Shown here one piece after another: positions 31,119-32,000 of a stretch of 32,000 bases of DNA. Made by a program: the position numbers and the translations under genes. Below the pieces are notes generated by a model. That model did no database searches, had not been told where the DNA came from, and was given only the letters and a program-made list of their open reading frames with translations. Numbering within the stretch: the first letter of the stretch is position 1; the number at the start of each line of letters is the position of its first letter. The DNA comes from Mycobacterium leprae TN (GTDB lineage Bacteria; Actinomycetota; Actinomycetes; Mycobacteriales; Mycobacteriaceae). The DNA lies in the NCBI RefSeq assembly GCF_000195855.1, contig NC_002677.1, forward strand, positions 840,001-872,000. The letters are read 5' to 3'.

Positions 31119-31760
31119 CTAGATGACCGGATTGGCTGCCCACATTGCGGCAATAGACAACCCCGCACGGGACAGTAGCGACCGCGTCAAAGGCAGTCCG
31201 ATCCCTACAACGGTTGACGGATCGCCGTAGACCGCGTCGATGAACCAGCCACCTAGGCCGTCAAGCGTGAACCCTCCAGCGACTTGCAACGATTCGCCGC
31301 ATGCCAGGTAGGCTTCCAGGTCTTCAGCTGACGGATTTCCGAAACATATTGTGGTCATTGATGTTTCATCGACAGAATAAGTAGTTTCGTTGTTTAGTAA
31401 CCGGATAACGCAGTGACCGGTATAGAGTTGGCCGGCGCGCCCTGCCATCGACTGCCACTGTTGCCGTGCGTTGGCGACGGACTGCGGTTTGCCGTACAGT
31501 CGGCCATCGATGGAAAGTTGTGAATCACAGCTAATGACAACGCAATCGTCTGCGACTGCGTGGCTCAGAGCTGCCGCGACTTGGGTGGCTTTGGCTCGGG
31601 CGAGTGTGCTTACCACATCGCGCGGCGAAGTGTCTGACCCGAGGCCTGCGGTGACCAGATCTTCATCGACACCGGAAGCTGCGACCAGTGGATCAATGCC
31701 GGCTTGGCGAAGCACTTTGAGTCGACCGGCGGAAGCGGACCCGAGTACCAGCCGGGTCAT
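31119..31760 (-). CDS. maf: Maf-like nucleotide pyrophosphatase, about 213 aa
   Basis: [21 protein letters not shown] is the Maf N-terminal signature. Likely start is ATG at 31760 ([10 protein letters not shown]), overlapping the upstream accE5 stop (ATGA) at 31757-31760. The ORF-track extension to 31844 is probably not translated. Confidence 0.9.
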   Translation of the reverse strand: MTRLVLGSASAGRLKVLRQAGIDPLVAASGVDEDLVTAGLGSDTSPRDVVSTLARAKATQVAAALSHAVADDCVVISCDSQLSIDGRLYGKPQSVANARQQWQSMAGRAGQLYTGHCVIRLLNNETTYSVDETSMTTICFGNPSAEDLEAYLACGESLQVAGGFTLDGLGGWFIDAVYGDPSTVVGIGLPLTRSLLSRAGLSIAAMWAANPVI

Positions 31761-32000
31761 CGGCGCATATGCGTCATCTCGTGAAGGGTGATGCGTTGCC
31801 AGCTGAAGACCGGGTACCGCAACTTGTCGACCGGCAGGCCCCATCGAGTGGGTTCGGGCTGCTTGACCTGCGATGCACCGCCGATGCTGCTCAGCACCAC
31901 GATTAGCGCGGCCAACTCCTGATCGGTGGGTTGTCCTTTGGTTATTTGAATATGTGGGTTTTGGGTCGTGGGCAATTTGTTCGTCTCACTCCCGTCGTTC
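31757..32000 (-). CDS. accE5: Acyl-CoA carboxylase epsilon subunit AccE5, 5' end near or beyond the window edge
   Basis: [27 protein letters not shown]...[29 protein letters not shown] matches the short epsilon subunit. The reading frame stays open to the window edge. Confidence 0.85.
   Translation of the reverse strand, partial: NDGSETNKLPTTQNPHIQITKGQPTDQELAALIVVLSSIGGASQVKQPEPTRWGLPVDKLRYPVFSWQRITLHEMTHMRR

Noticed and set aside
1-32000. CRISPR arrays, prophage, toxin-antitoxin, restriction or other defence systems
   Set aside because: No regularly spaced repeats, integrase or transposase motifs, or defence domains were seen. The window is explained by mycobacterial housekeeping genes and decayed orthologues.

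Overview
This window looks like a Mycobacterium leprae-type chromosomal segment: a few intact mycobacterial genes in a background of heavily decayed pseudogenes. Gene order is collinear, in inverted orientation, with the M. tuberculosis Rv3311 to Rv3281 region as I recall it; no database search was run. Apparently intact genes are an Rv3311-like protein, pmmB, deoD/punA (purine nucleoside phosphorylase), an Rv3304-like gamma-glutamylcyclotransferase-fold protein, glpD2, lpqC, a TetR regulator, accA3, sseA, maf and accE5 (running to the window edge). Recognisable pseudogenes are sapM, upp, amiB1, amiA1, lpdA, an Rv3300c-like pseudouridine synthase, a nei remnant, lhr, pcd, an Rv3292-like DUF1338 gene, lrpA, lat, Rv3289c-like, usfY, rsbW, sigF and a SufE-like gene. 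I saw no convincing novel multi-gene defence or biosynthetic system and no CRISPR array or intact mobile element. The most striking non-gene signals are two perfect palindromes, each with a 1-nt centre and each lying inside a pseudogene: 31-bp arms at 16615-16677 and 20-bp arms at 29954-29994. They look like template-switch or quasipalindrome-correction products. Also notable are an in-frame 21-bp tandem duplication at 7093-7134 and the collapse of a coherent lysine-to-2-hydroxyglutarate catabolic cluster (lat, pcd, DUF1338, lrpA).
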